Of a stretch of DNA of 64,000 bases, positions 17,603-26,874 are shown in pieces (position 1 is the stretch's first letter; each line of letters starts with the position of its first letter). Position numbers and translations under genes: made by a program. The notes beneath the pieces were generated by a model that saw nothing but the letters and a program-made list of their open reading frames with translations, had not been told where the DNA came from and did no database searches. Source of the stretch: Bacteroidales bacterium. GTDB lineage: Bacteria > Bacteroidota > Bacteroidia > Bacteroidales > UBA3663. The stretch is taken from positions 11,849-75,848 of the forward strand of contig JAFZTS010000037.1 of the NCBI GenBank assembly GCA_017618715.1, written 5' to 3'.

Positions 17603-18187
17603 TTTTATTCGTTGCAGGGTGAAGGGCATTTCACGGGTACACCGGCTGTCTTCGTTCGGTTTGCAGGCTGTAACCTGCGTTGCTGGTTTTGCGATACTGA
17701 CTTTGAGAATGGTCAGGAGCTGAGCGAAGATGAGATTGTCGAGGCCGTCCTTCAATACCCTACTCGCTACGTGGTCATAACAGGCGGTGAACCCACGCTA
17801 CAGCTCACTGCCTCTCTGTGCGACAAACTACACGCCCAAGGTCGATACCTTATGATGGAGACCAATGGTACACGGCCTTTACCTGAAGGCTGTCAGGTTG
17901 ATTGGATCACCTGTTCCCCCAAACTCACCCCCTCTCTCTTGAAGAAGGACGGGATGGGGCTTCCCATCGGGCACATCGACGAACTCAAGGTCGTCTTCGA
18001 AGACAGCGAATCGCAGGACATTGCTCTCTACGAACAAATACCCGCCAGTGAATACCGGCTCCAACCTTGCGATACGCAAGACCCGCAACGCAATCAGGAA
18101 ATCATTGACAAGACAATAAATTATATACTTCAACATCCCCAATGGAAACTTTCACTTCAGACCCACAAGATACTGGGCGTCCGTTGA
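17585..18187 (+). CDS. queE: 7-carboxy-7-deazaguanine synthase (radical SAM)
   Basis: Contains IFYSLQGEGHFTGTPAVFVRFAGCNLRCWFCDTDF (the CxxxCxxC-type cluster motif of QueE). The TTG start is forced by an in-frame TAA at 17582-17584. Confidence 0.88.
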   Translation: MKVKEIFYSLQGEGHFTGTPAVFVRFAGCNLRCWFCDTDFENGQELSEDEIVEAVLQYPTRYVVITGGEPTLQLTASLCDKLHAQGRYLMMETNGTRPLPEGCQVDWITCSPKLTPSLLKKDGMGLPIGHIDELKVVFEDSESQDIALYEQIPASEYRLQPCDTQDPQRNQEIIDKTINYILQHPQWKLSLQTHKILGVR

Positions 18188-18771
18188 TACAACAGGCCTC
18201 GCCTGTCACTGATGAGCAGCTCCAGGATGCCATTCGCACTGTTCTAAAGGCTATCGGCGAAGAACCTTCACGAGAAGGTTTGGTCGATACGCCCGACCGT
18301 ATTGTTCGCATGTGGCGTGAATTGTTCCGAGGATACGATCCCACACAGAAACCAAAGATAACCACCTTCGAGAACGATGCGCACAATACCGAAATGGTCT
18401 TCGATACGGGCGACTTCTACTCGATGTGCGAACATCACTGCATGCCGTTCTTCGGACAGTATTATTTTGCCTACATCCCTCAGGACGATGGGCGCATCCT
18501 CGGCATTTCGAAGATTGCCCGCGTGGTGGGCTATTGTTCTGCACGCCTCCAGCTCCAGGAGCGTTTGGCCCATGACATCATCGAGATGCTCAGCGATGCC
18601 CTCGACAACCAGGTACAAGGCTTCGCCATCGTTTTGAAAGGAATGCACACTTGCAAGACGATGCGAGGTGTGAAGAACAAGGGAAACATGTGTGTCAGCT
18701 ATTTCACCGGCGTTTTCCGCACCAATCCCTCCCTTCGCGAAGAGTTCTATCATTTGATCAACATGCAGTAA
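18142..18771 (+). CDS. folE: GTP cyclohydrolase I
   Basis: Contains LVDTPDRIVRMW, the CEHHCMPFFG zinc motif and QVQERL-like LQLQERLAHD. The ATG at 18142 overlaps queE by 46 nt, and there is no later in-frame ATG before the conserved region. Confidence 0.9.
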   Translation: METFTSDPQDTGRPLIQQASPVTDEQLQDAIRTVLKAIGEEPSREGLVDTPDRIVRMWRELFRGYDPTQKPKITTFENDAHNTEMVFDTGDFYSMCEHHCMPFFGQYYFAYIPQDDGRILGISKIARVVGYCSARLQLQERLAHDIIEMLSDALDNQVQGFAIVLKGMHTCKTMRGVKNKGNMCVSYFTGVFRTNPSLREEFYHLINMQ

Positions 18772-18829
18772 AGCACAGTTCACTTGCCATTTTACACTTT
18801 CAAGAGTAACGACCATAAACGATAAATCG

Positions 18830-20482
18830 ATGAACCGATTGTCTTTCCTTCGGTCCGCACTATTGCTGCTTCTGTTGATTTCAGGAGCGGCATTGTCATA
18901 TGCTCAGACACCAAGACAGCTCGATTCTATCTTACAAGTACTAGACAAGACAATACAGGAAAAGCCTGTTTACGATCGACAGAAGAGAATTAATATACAG
19001 GACCTGCAGCAGCAATTGCTTCACACAGAAGAAGTTTCTGAAAAACGTCGTCTTATGCATGAGCTCTTCAGCATCTATCGCAGTTTTCGTCTGGACAGCG
19101 CCCTCTATTATGCTCGGCTGGAATCCTCGCTTATCGATCCTAATGATGAAGCATCGAAGGTTCGCAATGACCTCGATATTGCTGAGGCTCTCAAAGGGTT
19201 GGGCTATTATTCCCAGGCAAGGAAAAGACTTGATACCAATCGTGGAAAGGTAAGAACGGAAGATATGGTGTATTATTATCACCTTTATTATTCCATCTAC
19301 CATTCGATGCACCAGAACTCTCAGCTCGAGGAAGATCGCCAGCGGTTTAGAGATTCCTTGCTGTTCTATCGCAAGCAGTTGCAGTCAGTCCTTCCTCCCG
19401 AAGATATAGGGCATGATATTGGAGAGGCGTATCTGTTGTTGTTCGAAAACAAGCCACAGGAAGCCCTGCATCTAATGAAGGAACGAATGGCCCGCGAGGA
19501 TGGTGATCTGAGCGAATCGCTTCTTGCTGTTACCTTTGCTGAGGTTTACGAAGCCTTAGGGATGAACCAGGAGGCAAAGTATTATTACGCTGTCAGTGCA
19601 GTGGGCGACCTGCAGCGTGCCACAAAGAAATACACGGCATTGCAACAATTGGCCATTCTGATGTTTCGTGATGGCGATGTGGATCGTGCATACCATTATC
19701 TGGCTTGTGCGCTCGAAGATGTCACCTTCAGCCGCATTCATTGTCGCATCACGCAGATTGCACAATTCCTGCCTATTATCACAAGCGCCTACGAACGCAA
19801 GAGTGAGACGGCATCACAACGTAAGCTATGGCTTGCCATCGCCCTTGGGTTGCTTTTGTTCATTGCTGTCCTCGGTGTATGGATTTTGCACCGACGCAGT
19901 ATGCAGCTTAGGCGCCTCAATGGCAAGTTGCATGGCCTCTATCAGGAAATTGCCGATGCCAATCGGCAGTTATTGAATACCAATGCACAAGTGGAGGCTG
20001 CCAACGGACAACTTGCCGATGCCAATCGTATCAAGGAAGAGTACATCGGACAGGTTTTCAATCTTTGTTCTGCCTACATGGACAAACAGGAGTTCCTGCG
20101 TCGTTCTATATATAATAAGGTAAAGGGAAATCAGCTTTCCGAAGTCATCAAGCTAGTGGGTGACAAGAGCCAGCAACAGGAGGACTTGCGTGATTTCTTT
20201 CGGAACTTCGATGCCATTTTCCTATCGCTCTTTCCGGATTTCATTAAGGAGTTCAATGCATTGTTGCGTCCGGACGAGCATGTGAGCGTCAAGGAAGGAG
20301 AGCTGCTGAGTCCCGAACTCCGCATCTATGCCTTGGTTCGCTTGGGTATCAACGATAGCACAAGGATTGCCTCTTTCCTGCATTTCTCACCACAGACCGT
20401 CTATAACTATCGGCTCAAGATGAGAGCACGCACCGATCTGTCACGTGAAGAGTTTGTTGCAGCTGTCCAAAGCCTCAAATAA
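18830..20482 (+). CDS. Transmembrane one-component regulator (DUF6377-type): periplasmic TPR-like region, one TM helix, a coiled coil and a C-terminal HTH
   Basis: Signal peptide (LLLLLLISGAALSYAQ), helical repeats, TM segment LWLAIALGLLLFIAVLGVWIL, coiled coil (ANRQLLNTNAQVEAANGQLADANRIKEE) and a LuxR-like HTH (ELRIYALVRLGINDSTRIASFLHFSPQTVYNYRLKMRAR). It sits directly upstream of susC/susD. Confidence 0.75.
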   Translation: MNRLSFLRSALLLLLLISGAALSYAQTPRQLDSILQVLDKTIQEKPVYDRQKRINIQDLQQQLLHTEEVSEKRRLMHELFSIYRSFRLDSALYYARLESSLIDPNDEASKVRNDLDIAEALKGLGYYSQARKRLDTNRGKVRTEDMVYYYHLYYSIYHSMHQNSQLEEDRQRFRDSLLFYRKQLQSVLPPEDIGHDIGEAYLLLFENKPQEALHLMKERMAREDGDLSESLLAVTFAEVYEALGMNQEAKYYYAVSAVGDLQRATKKYTALQQLAILMFRDGDVDRAYHYLACALEDVTFSRIHCRITQIAQFLPIITSAYERKSETASQRKLWLAIALGLLLFIAVLGVWILHRRSMQLRRLNGKLHGLYQEIADANRQLLNTNAQVEAANGQLADANRIKEEYIGQVFNLCSAYMDKQEFLRRSIYNKVKGNQLSEVIKLVGDKSQQQEDLRDFFRNFDAIFLSLFPDFIKEFNALLRPDEHVSVKEGELLSPELRIYALVRLGINDSTRIASFLHFSPQTVYNYRLKMRARTDLSREEFVAAVQSLK

Positions 20483-20527
20483 CCACTTACTCAAAAAGAA
20501 GGGGTAAAATCGTACAAGTGATTGAAT

Positions 20528-20565
20528 GCCAATGGGGATATGTCCTCATTGGCTTACTTTTTTTC
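20528..20565 (+). terminator. Putative intrinsic terminator after the regulator gene
   Basis: 10-bp stem GCCAATGGGG / CCTCATTGGC with one mismatch, followed by the T-rich run TTACTTTTTTTC. Confidence 0.55.
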
Positions 20566-20608
20566 TTACTTTGTCCCGTCGATTCGGCATTGTTCAAAAA
20601 AAACTTAA

Positions 20609-20633
20609 TAACTTTGCAGCGCAAACTGCAAAG
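20609..20633 (+). promoter_or_regulatory. Candidate -7 box (TAACTTTG, 20609-20616) overlapping a perfect 8-bp inverted repeat CTTTGCAG-N6-CTGCAAAG (20612-20633) upstream of susC
   Basis: Read directly. It lies 84 nt upstream of the susC ATG. Confidence 0.4.
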
Positions 20634-20699
20634 CGATGAAAAACTTTTACTAACCGAATTCTTGCTAATACTATTCCACATTATTAATAATATTTTTCT

Positions 20700-23666
20700 A
20701 TGATCAAGATCGCTAACACCGTATTACGCAGAATGCTTCCTCTGGCAGGAATGCTGCTGTGTTTTGCTGCCGTTGGTCAGAATGTCACCGTACAAGGACG
20801 GGTCGTTGACCAGACAGGCGAAGCAATTCCTGGAGCCAACGTCGTGGTCAAGGGAACTACTACAGGTACCCTAACTGACGCTGATGGCAATTATTCTCTT
20901 ACGATTCCCAACCGGAACTCCACCCTCGTCTTCAGTTTCCTGGGCTATCAGACACAGGAACTTAGTGCCGATGGCCGATCGATGACTGTGACCATGCACG
21001 AAGACAGCCAGTTGCTCGACGATGTCGTGGTGATTGGTTATGGTCAGGTTAAGAAACGTGATGCCACAGGCTCCGTACTCAGTGTCAAGGCTGAGGAACT
21101 CAACAAGGGTAGTCTCGTCAGCGCTCAGGACGCATTGATGGGCAAGGTGGCTGGTGTCAATGTCACCCCGTCTTCTGGTGCGCCAGGATCTGGTGCCACG
21201 ATTCGCGTGCGTGCAGGTTCATCACTCTCTGCTTCCAACGACCCACTTATCGTCATCGATGGCGTCCCTGTCGATAACAGTTCTATCAATGGCTCGAGCA
21301 ATATCATCGGCTCTATTAACCCAGCCGATATCGAGTCGTTTACCGTCCTCAAGGATGCGTCGTCCACCGCAATTTATGGTTCTCGTGCTTCGAATGGTGT
21401 CATCATCATCACAACCAAAAAGGGCAAGGTCGGTAGTCACAAGCCCTCGGTCAATTATACCAACAACTTCACCATCAGTCAGGTCATCAAGACCCTCGAC
21501 GTCTTGAATGCCTCCGATTACAAAGCCGCATTCTCCAAATACGCCAATGCCCCTGCCGAGTTCGTTCTTGGCAACGACGATGTCGATTATCAGAAGGAGA
21601 TCTATCAGAACGCCTTTGGTCAGGAACACAATGTCTCCGTCAGCGGCGCTCTCGGCAACATGCCTTATCGTGCCAGCGTGGGCTACACCAATCAGGATGG
21701 TATCATTAAGACCAATAATTATCAGCGCACCAGCGCCTCCGTCGGCCTGTCGCCACGTTTCCTGCAAGATCATCTTACCTTCGACATCAACGTCAAGGGC
21801 TCTTATGAGGACAACAAGCCCGTGACAAGCAGTGTGGTTGGCGCAGCTATTGCTGCCGATCCTACACGTCCTATCCATGCAACCTACCCTGGAGGCATTG
21901 GTTGCGGCTACTTCACCTGGATGAATGGTGATGCACCTATGGCCATCGCTCCCGATAATGCTTTGGCACTCATCGAGCTCGACGATCGCGAGAACAAGGT
22001 GACGCGCTCCATCGGTAATATGGCCATCGATTACAAGATTCATGGCTTTGAGGACCTTCGTTTTAACCTCAACCTCGGCTATGATGTGCTCAAGTCAACC
22101 TACGACCGCTCCGTTCCACAATTTGCTCCCCAAATGTACACCAGCAACCAGAAGGACGGCACAGGCCTCGAATATACCTCTAAACAGAACAAGCGCAACA
22201 CGTTGCTCGACTTCTATACCAACTATACCCACACCTTCGCCCACGAGCAACACCTTGACGTCATGGCAGGCTACGGTTGGCAACGTTTCTGGAAGAAGTT
22301 CAACGACGAGAACCTCGACCCGAAGGGCGTCGAACTCTCTTCTCCCACCCATTCCGAGAGCGAGTACTACCTTCTTTCTTGGTATGGCCGTCTGAACTAT
22401 AGCTTTGCCGATCGTTACCTCCTCACCGCCACCTTCCGTGCCGATGCCTCCTCGCGTTTCCGCAAGGAGAATCGCTGGGGCTACTTCCCCTCGCTGGCCT
22501 TTGCTTGGAAGCTCAAGAACGAAGCTTTCCTCCGCGACGTTGAGTCACTCGACGATCTGAAGATTCGTCTGTCGTATGGTCAGACCGGTCAGCAGGATAT
22601 CGGCTCCGACTATCCCGCCCTTTCCACCTATACCGCCTCCTACGATGAGTCGCGCTACCGCTTCGGCAACACTTGGTACACAACATATCGTCCCGATGGC
22701 TACGACCCGAACATCAAGTGGGAGACCACATCGACCTATAACGTCGGTCTCGACTGGGCCGTCCTCGACAGCCGCCTCGGTGGCTCCGTCGATTACTACT
22801 ACCGCGAGACCAAGGACCTCCTCAACAACATTGCCGTGCCCGCAGGTGCCAACTTCACCAACGTCATCTACACCAACATCGGTTCGATGGAGAACAAGGG
22901 CCTTGAGATAGCACTCAATGCCGTACCTGTCAAGACGCGTGACTTCGAGTGGCGCATGGGTGTCAACTTCACCTGGAATGACAGCAAGATCACCAAGCTC
23001 AACACCATCGATACCGAGGACAATTACGTGAAGACCGGCAACGCCGGTGGTACTGGCAAGTATCTGCAGGTGCAAATGGTCGATGAGACGCCTTATACCT
23101 TCTTCCTATTGCGTCAGGCCTACAATGAGGATGGCACTCCCAAGGATGGTATCTATCTCACCGAAAGCGGTGAAGAGACCACCTCCGAGGAGGATGCCTT
23201 CAAATATGTCACAGGCCACAGCTCGCAGGCTCCTTGTTTTGCTGGCCTGAACATGAAGTTCCTCTATAAGGATTGGGACCTCGGTTTCAATGGTCATGGC
23301 TCGTTCGGCAACTACGTCTTCAACTACGTCAAGGCTAGCGAGTCGCTCGACGACCTCTACAGTTCGCAGGGCACTTCGTCCAACATCCAGAAGGCTACGC
23401 TCGAAACGGCATTTACCCAACAGCGTCTCTACACCGACTACTTCCTCGAGGACGCTTCGTTCTTCCGTCTCGACAACATTACGCTCGGCTATTCCTTCCG
23501 TCATCTCTGGAACAAGACCAGCTCGCTGCGTCTCTCTCTCGCCGTCCAGAACGTGTTCACCATCACCGGCTACAGCGGCATGGATCCCGAAATCTATAAC
23601 GGCATCGACAAGAATGTCTATCAGCGTCCTCGCGTATATATGTTCGGCATGTCACTCAACTTCTGA
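20700..23666 (+). CDS. susC: SusC/RagA-family TonB-linked outer-membrane protein
   Basis: 988 aa with an N-terminal CarboxypepD_reg-like domain (VTVQGRVVDQTGEAIPGANVVVKGTTTGTLTDADGNYSL), a TonB-box/plug (DDVVVIGYGQVKKRD, SFTVLKDASSTAIYGSRASNGVIIITTKKG) and a C-terminal ...MFGMSLNF. I did not recognise an N-terminal STN domain. Confidence 0.95.
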   Translation: MIKIANTVLRRMLPLAGMLLCFAAVGQNVTVQGRVVDQTGEAIPGANVVVKGTTTGTLTDADGNYSLTIPNRNSTLVFSFLGYQTQELSADGRSMTVTMHEDSQLLDDVVVIGYGQVKKRDATGSVLSVKAEELNKGSLVSAQDALMGKVAGVNVTPSSGAPGSGATIRVRAGSSLSASNDPLIVIDGVPVDNSSINGSSNIIGSINPADIESFTVLKDASSTAIYGSRASNGVIIITTKKGKVGSHKPSVNYTNNFTISQVIKTLDVLNASDYKAAFSKYANAPAEFVLGNDDVDYQKEIYQNAFGQEHNVSVSGALGNMPYRASVGYTNQDGIIKTNNYQRTSASVGLSPRFLQDHLTFDINVKGSYEDNKPVTSSVVGAAIAADPTRPIHATYPGGIGCGYFTWMNGDAPMAIAPDNALALIELDDRENKVTRSIGNMAIDYKIHGFEDLRFNLNLGYDVLKSTYDRSVPQFAPQMYTSNQKDGTGLEYTSKQNKRNTLLDFYTNYTHTFAHEQHLDVMAGYGWQRFWKKFNDENLDPKGVELSSPTHSESEYYLLSWYGRLNYSFADRYLLTATFRADASSRFRKENRWGYFPSLAFAWKLKNEAFLRDVESLDDLKIRLSYGQTGQQDIGSDYPALSTYTASYDESRYRFGNTWYTTYRPDGYDPNIKWETTSTYNVGLDWAVLDSRLGGSVDYYYRETKDLLNNIAVPAGANFTNVIYTNIGSMENKGLEIALNAVPVKTRDFEWRMGVNFTWNDSKITKLNTIDTEDNYVKTGNAGGTGKYLQVQMVDETPYTFFLLRQAYNEDGTPKDGIYLTESGEETTSEEDAFKYVTGHSSQAPCFAGLNMKFLYKDWDLGFNGHGSFGNYVFNYVKASESLDDLYSSQGTSSNIQKATLETAFTQQRLYTDYFLEDASFFRLDNITLGYSFRHLWNKTSSLRLSLAVQNVFTITGYSGMDPEIYNGIDKNVYQRPRVYMFGMSLNF

Positions 23667-23701
23667 TCCTGGAATGTAAACATTGAACAATTAGAAACAT
23701 T

Positions 23702-25399
23702 ATGAAACGCTATATCAAACTCTTCTGTGTCGCCGTTTCGCTTATCTTCGCCACCTCCTGCACCAGCGATCTCGACACCCTTCCGCTCGACGACAACCAG
23801 CTCACGAGCAACGATGTTTATGGTACCGTCAATGGTTATCGCGGCATGTTGGCCAAGTGCTACGCTTCGCTCATCCAGACAGGTCAGAAAGGCGGTGATG
23901 GCGGCGACGGCGATGTTAACGGCATCGACGAAGGCTACTCCGGCTACACCCGCTGTCTCTTCTACCTGCAGGTAGCCTCCACCGATGAGGTGCTCTTCCA
24001 CGCAGGTGGCGGTCATGGCACTCTGTCCATGTATCAGATGAACTGGAACTCCTCGGTCAAGGTCATCAGCTATCCCTACTATCGTCTATACATGGCAATC
24101 AACTACTGCAACGAGTTTCTGCGCAACAGCACTGAGGCAAAACTCCAGGAGAATGGTGTCTATGACGAACTCAAGAACGATTATCTCACCTATCGTGCCG
24201 AGGCACGTCTCATCCGCGCCTATTGCTACAGTATGATCTGCGACCTCTACGGTTCGGCACCTTTCGTCGATGATAGCCAGGACCTTGGCGTCATTCCAGA
24301 ACAGAAGACGCGTCGCGAGCTCTTCGACTATGTCGTCAGCGAAGTCACCGACCTCATGAACGATCTTCCCGCAGCAGGCAAGAAGGAATACGGACGTGTC
24401 GATCAGGCAGCTGCATGGTTCCTCCTCGCTCGTCATTACCTCAATGCCGAAGTCTGGACAGGCACCGCTCAGTACGACAAGGCCTATCAATATGCCAAGA
24501 TGATCATCGACTCGGGCGCTTATCCCTTGGCCAGCGACTGGCGTCACATTTTCCTTGCCGACAACGACACCTGTCCCGAAATCATTTGGGGCCTCGTGCA
24601 GGATGCTGATAATGCACAGGGTTCGGCAGGTACCAACTTCCTTATTAAGGCGCTCGCCAATGGTGCTATGAACAATTGGTATGCTACCGGCATCGGTACA
24701 CGTGGCTGGGGCAACGGTCGCGCGAAGGTGTCGCTCGTCGATAAGTTCGACTTGCATGACCAGACTTTCGACCCCGACGATCCGTGGGGCGACAACAAGT
24801 ACGACAAGCGTGCACAATTCTTCGACAAACTCGATGGACAGCAGAAGGAGACATGGACCGAAGGCAAGGGCTTTGAAAAGACCTTCACCAAGGGTTACAG
24901 CATCATCAAGTGGCGTAGCGTGAAGAAGGATCGTTCGCAGGTAGCTGGCGACCCAGGCACCGTTTATTCCAGCATCGATTATCCACTCTTCCGTACTGCC
25001 GATGCCTACCTGATGGCAGCTGAGGCCATCCTGCGTAATGGCGGCGGTTCGAAGGACGAGGCACTCCGTTACGTCAACGAGGTGCGTGAGCGTGCCTATA
25101 TGTCGGGCAAGTACGGCACAAGTGCCGTGAGTGGTGACATCACAGCCGATCAGCTCACCCTCAACTTCATTTGCGACGAGCGTGCCCGCGAACTCTATAC
25201 CGAGAATGTGCGTCGTACTGACCTCATCCGCTTCGGCAAATATACCAAGGGCTACAATTGGGACTGGAAGGGCTCCGATGGTGCTGCAGGTCACTATCAG
25301 GGCCAGGATGTGGATGACAAGTACAAGCTCTTCCCGATTCCGCAGGATGAGTTCACTGTCAACCCCAACCTGACGCAGAATCCTGATTTTGCCAACTGA
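23702..25399 (+). CDS. susD: SusD/RagB-family nutrient-binding outer-membrane lipoprotein
   Basis: Lipoprotein signal (LIFATSC) and SusD-like motifs (RAEARLIRAYCY, FLLARHYLNAEVW, PLFRTADAYLMAAEA, ERARELYTENVRRTDLIRF, LFPIPQDE). It immediately follows susC. Confidence 0.93.
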   Translation: MKRYIKLFCVAVSLIFATSCTSDLDTLPLDDNQLTSNDVYGTVNGYRGMLAKCYASLIQTGQKGGDGGDGDVNGIDEGYSGYTRCLFYLQVASTDEVLFHAGGGHGTLSMYQMNWNSSVKVISYPYYRLYMAINYCNEFLRNSTEAKLQENGVYDELKNDYLTYRAEARLIRAYCYSMICDLYGSAPFVDDSQDLGVIPEQKTRRELFDYVVSEVTDLMNDLPAAGKKEYGRVDQAAAWFLLARHYLNAEVWTGTAQYDKAYQYAKMIIDSGAYPLASDWRHIFLADNDTCPEIIWGLVQDADNAQGSAGTNFLIKALANGAMNNWYATGIGTRGWGNGRAKVSLVDKFDLHDQTFDPDDPWGDNKYDKRAQFFDKLDGQQKETWTEGKGFEKTFTKGYSIIKWRSVKKDRSQVAGDPGTVYSSIDYPLFRTADAYLMAAEAILRNGGGSKDEALRYVNEVRERAYMSGKYGTSAVSGDITADQLTLNFICDERARELYTENVRRTDLIRFGKYTKGYNWDWKGSDGAAGHYQGQDVDDKYKLFPIPQDEFTVNPNLTQNPDFAN

Positions 25400-25414
25400 T
25401 AAGTTTTCACTATT

Positions 25415-26677
25415 ATGAGAATGCTCATAATAACCCTCATCTCCCTCCTCGTAGTGGGTGCTTCGGCACAAACCACTTTCGAGGAGGTAGCTGCCACACC
25501 TGAAAAAAGCGGTGGTGTGTATTTTGCCTATCCGCTCGATTTCGCTCCACAGACCCCCGCACCCAAGGGTTATAAGCCCGTCTATATCAGTCATTATGGC
25601 CGTCATGGCTCACGTTATCTGTTGAATGACCGTGATTACAAGTGGGTGATTGACCTTCTTCAACAAGCCGCCGATGTGCAAGTGCTCAGTCCGTTGGGTC
25701 ATAGTGCTCTCGAGCGCTTGCAGGAAGTGTGGAAGGAGGCCGAGTTCCATGGTGATGAACTGGCACCATTAGGCGAAAGGCAACATCGTGGCATTGCCGA
25801 ACGTATGTTTACCTCGTTCCCCGAAGTCTTCAAAGGTTATGGTCGCGTCTTTGCCCGTAGTACCACGTCCATGCGTTGCCGCAACTCGATGGATGCTTTC
25901 GTCGATCGTTTGCGTGAACTCAATCCCCGCTTGCAGATACGCCATGAGACCAAGCGTGTTTATATGAGTTATCTGAACTATCATTCACCCGAACATATAG
26001 CATTCAACGATGGACCGTGGAAGGAACTTTACCGCAAGTTCCAAGCTGAGCACACTCATCCCGAACGGATGATGGAAGCGCTCTTTACCGATGCCTCGTG
26101 GGTGCGTTGGAACGTCAACCCCGACGAGCTGATGTGGGGCTTCTATTGGATAGCCAGTGATGTGCAGGACATGGAGTGTGATATCTCGTTCTACGACATC
26201 TTTACGCCTCAGGAGCTGTTTGACTTGTGGCAATGCTTCAACTTCCGCTTCTATGCAGCTGATGCCGACTGGACCGACAACCATGGCCTGGCGCTTCGCA
26301 GTTGTCATCCCTTGCTTCGCAACTTTTTGGAGTGTGCCGACGCGGCACTCGATCCTAACAATGCCGATAGGGTAGTGGCAGACTTGCGCTTCGGACATGA
26401 TGGCAACGTCATTCCGCTCTGCGCCTTGCTAGGTCTGGATGGGTGCACAGCCTCGACGTCCGACCCGGATGACTTTTATAAGGTGTGGAGCGACTTCAAG
26501 GTGTCGCCGATGGGTGCCAACGTCCAGCTGATCTTCTACCGCGGTAAGTCAGCTGATGACGTGTTGGTGAAGTTCCTTCATAACGAACACGAAACCACGA
26601 TTCCTATCGTTACCGATTGTTCTCCTTATTATCACTGGAGCGATGTGCGCGCCTATTGGCTTTCGCTCCTTCAATAG
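25415..26677 (+). CDS. Histidine acid phosphatase (branch-2 histidine phosphatase, MINPP/phytase-like), secreted
   Basis: Signal peptide, the catalytic RHGSRY motif (nt 25601-25618) and a C-terminal proton-donor HD motif (LRFGHDGNVIPL). Confidence 0.85.
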   Translation: MRMLIITLISLLVVGASAQTTFEEVAATPEKSGGVYFAYPLDFAPQTPAPKGYKPVYISHYGRHGSRYLLNDRDYKWVIDLLQQAADVQVLSPLGHSALERLQEVWKEAEFHGDELAPLGERQHRGIAERMFTSFPEVFKGYGRVFARSTTSMRCRNSMDAFVDRLRELNPRLQIRHETKRVYMSYLNYHSPEHIAFNDGPWKELYRKFQAEHTHPERMMEALFTDASWVRWNVNPDELMWGFYWIASDVQDMECDISFYDIFTPQELFDLWQCFNFRFYAADADWTDNHGLALRSCHPLLRNFLECADAALDPNNADRVVADLRFGHDGNVIPLCALLGLDGCTASTSDPDDFYKVWSDFKVSPMGANVQLIFYRGKSADDVLVKFLHNEHETTIPIVTDCSPYYHWSDVRAYWLSLLQ

Positions 26678-26678
26678 T

Positions 26679-26705
26679 ACAGCCTTTCGGCTGTCAGTTT
26701 TGTTT
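26679..26705 (+). terminator. Putative intrinsic terminator 1 after the PUL
   Basis: Stem ACAGCC / GGCTGT with loop TTTC, then CAGTTTTGTTTC. Confidence 0.5.
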
Positions 26706-26726
26706 CTCATCTGTTTCGGTTTTTCG

Positions 26727-26757
26727 GGCCTCGGATTGCAAATCCGGGGCCTTTTTG
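26727..26757 (+). terminator. Putative intrinsic terminator 2 after the PUL
   Basis: 11-bp stem GGCCTCGGATT / AATCCGGGGCC with one mismatch, 3-nt loop, followed by TTTTT. Confidence 0.65.
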
Positions 26758-26775
26758 CGAAAAAATGTAATTATA

Positions 26776-26807
26776 TTTGGACGTTTCGAAAAATCTTGTT
26801 ATATTTG
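26776..26807 (+). promoter_or_regulatory. Candidate promoter for fucI (-33 TTTG at 26776-26779; -7 TATATTTG at 26800-26807)
   Basis: 20-nt spacing. A second TATATTTG at 26772-26779 could serve as an alternative -7 box. Confidence 0.4.
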
Positions 26808-26874
26808 CCGCGATATAATAAGGGAATCCCATGACTCCCAATACCTATAACTTATAAACCACACTATCCCAAAC

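Noticed and set aside
24086-25606. 506-aa antisense ORF opposite susD and the phosphatase gene
   Set aside because: It is a shadow ORF on the strand opposite confidently identified genes. Its composition (rich in V/G/L/E/T, low complexity) is typical of antisense frames in GC-biased coding DNA.
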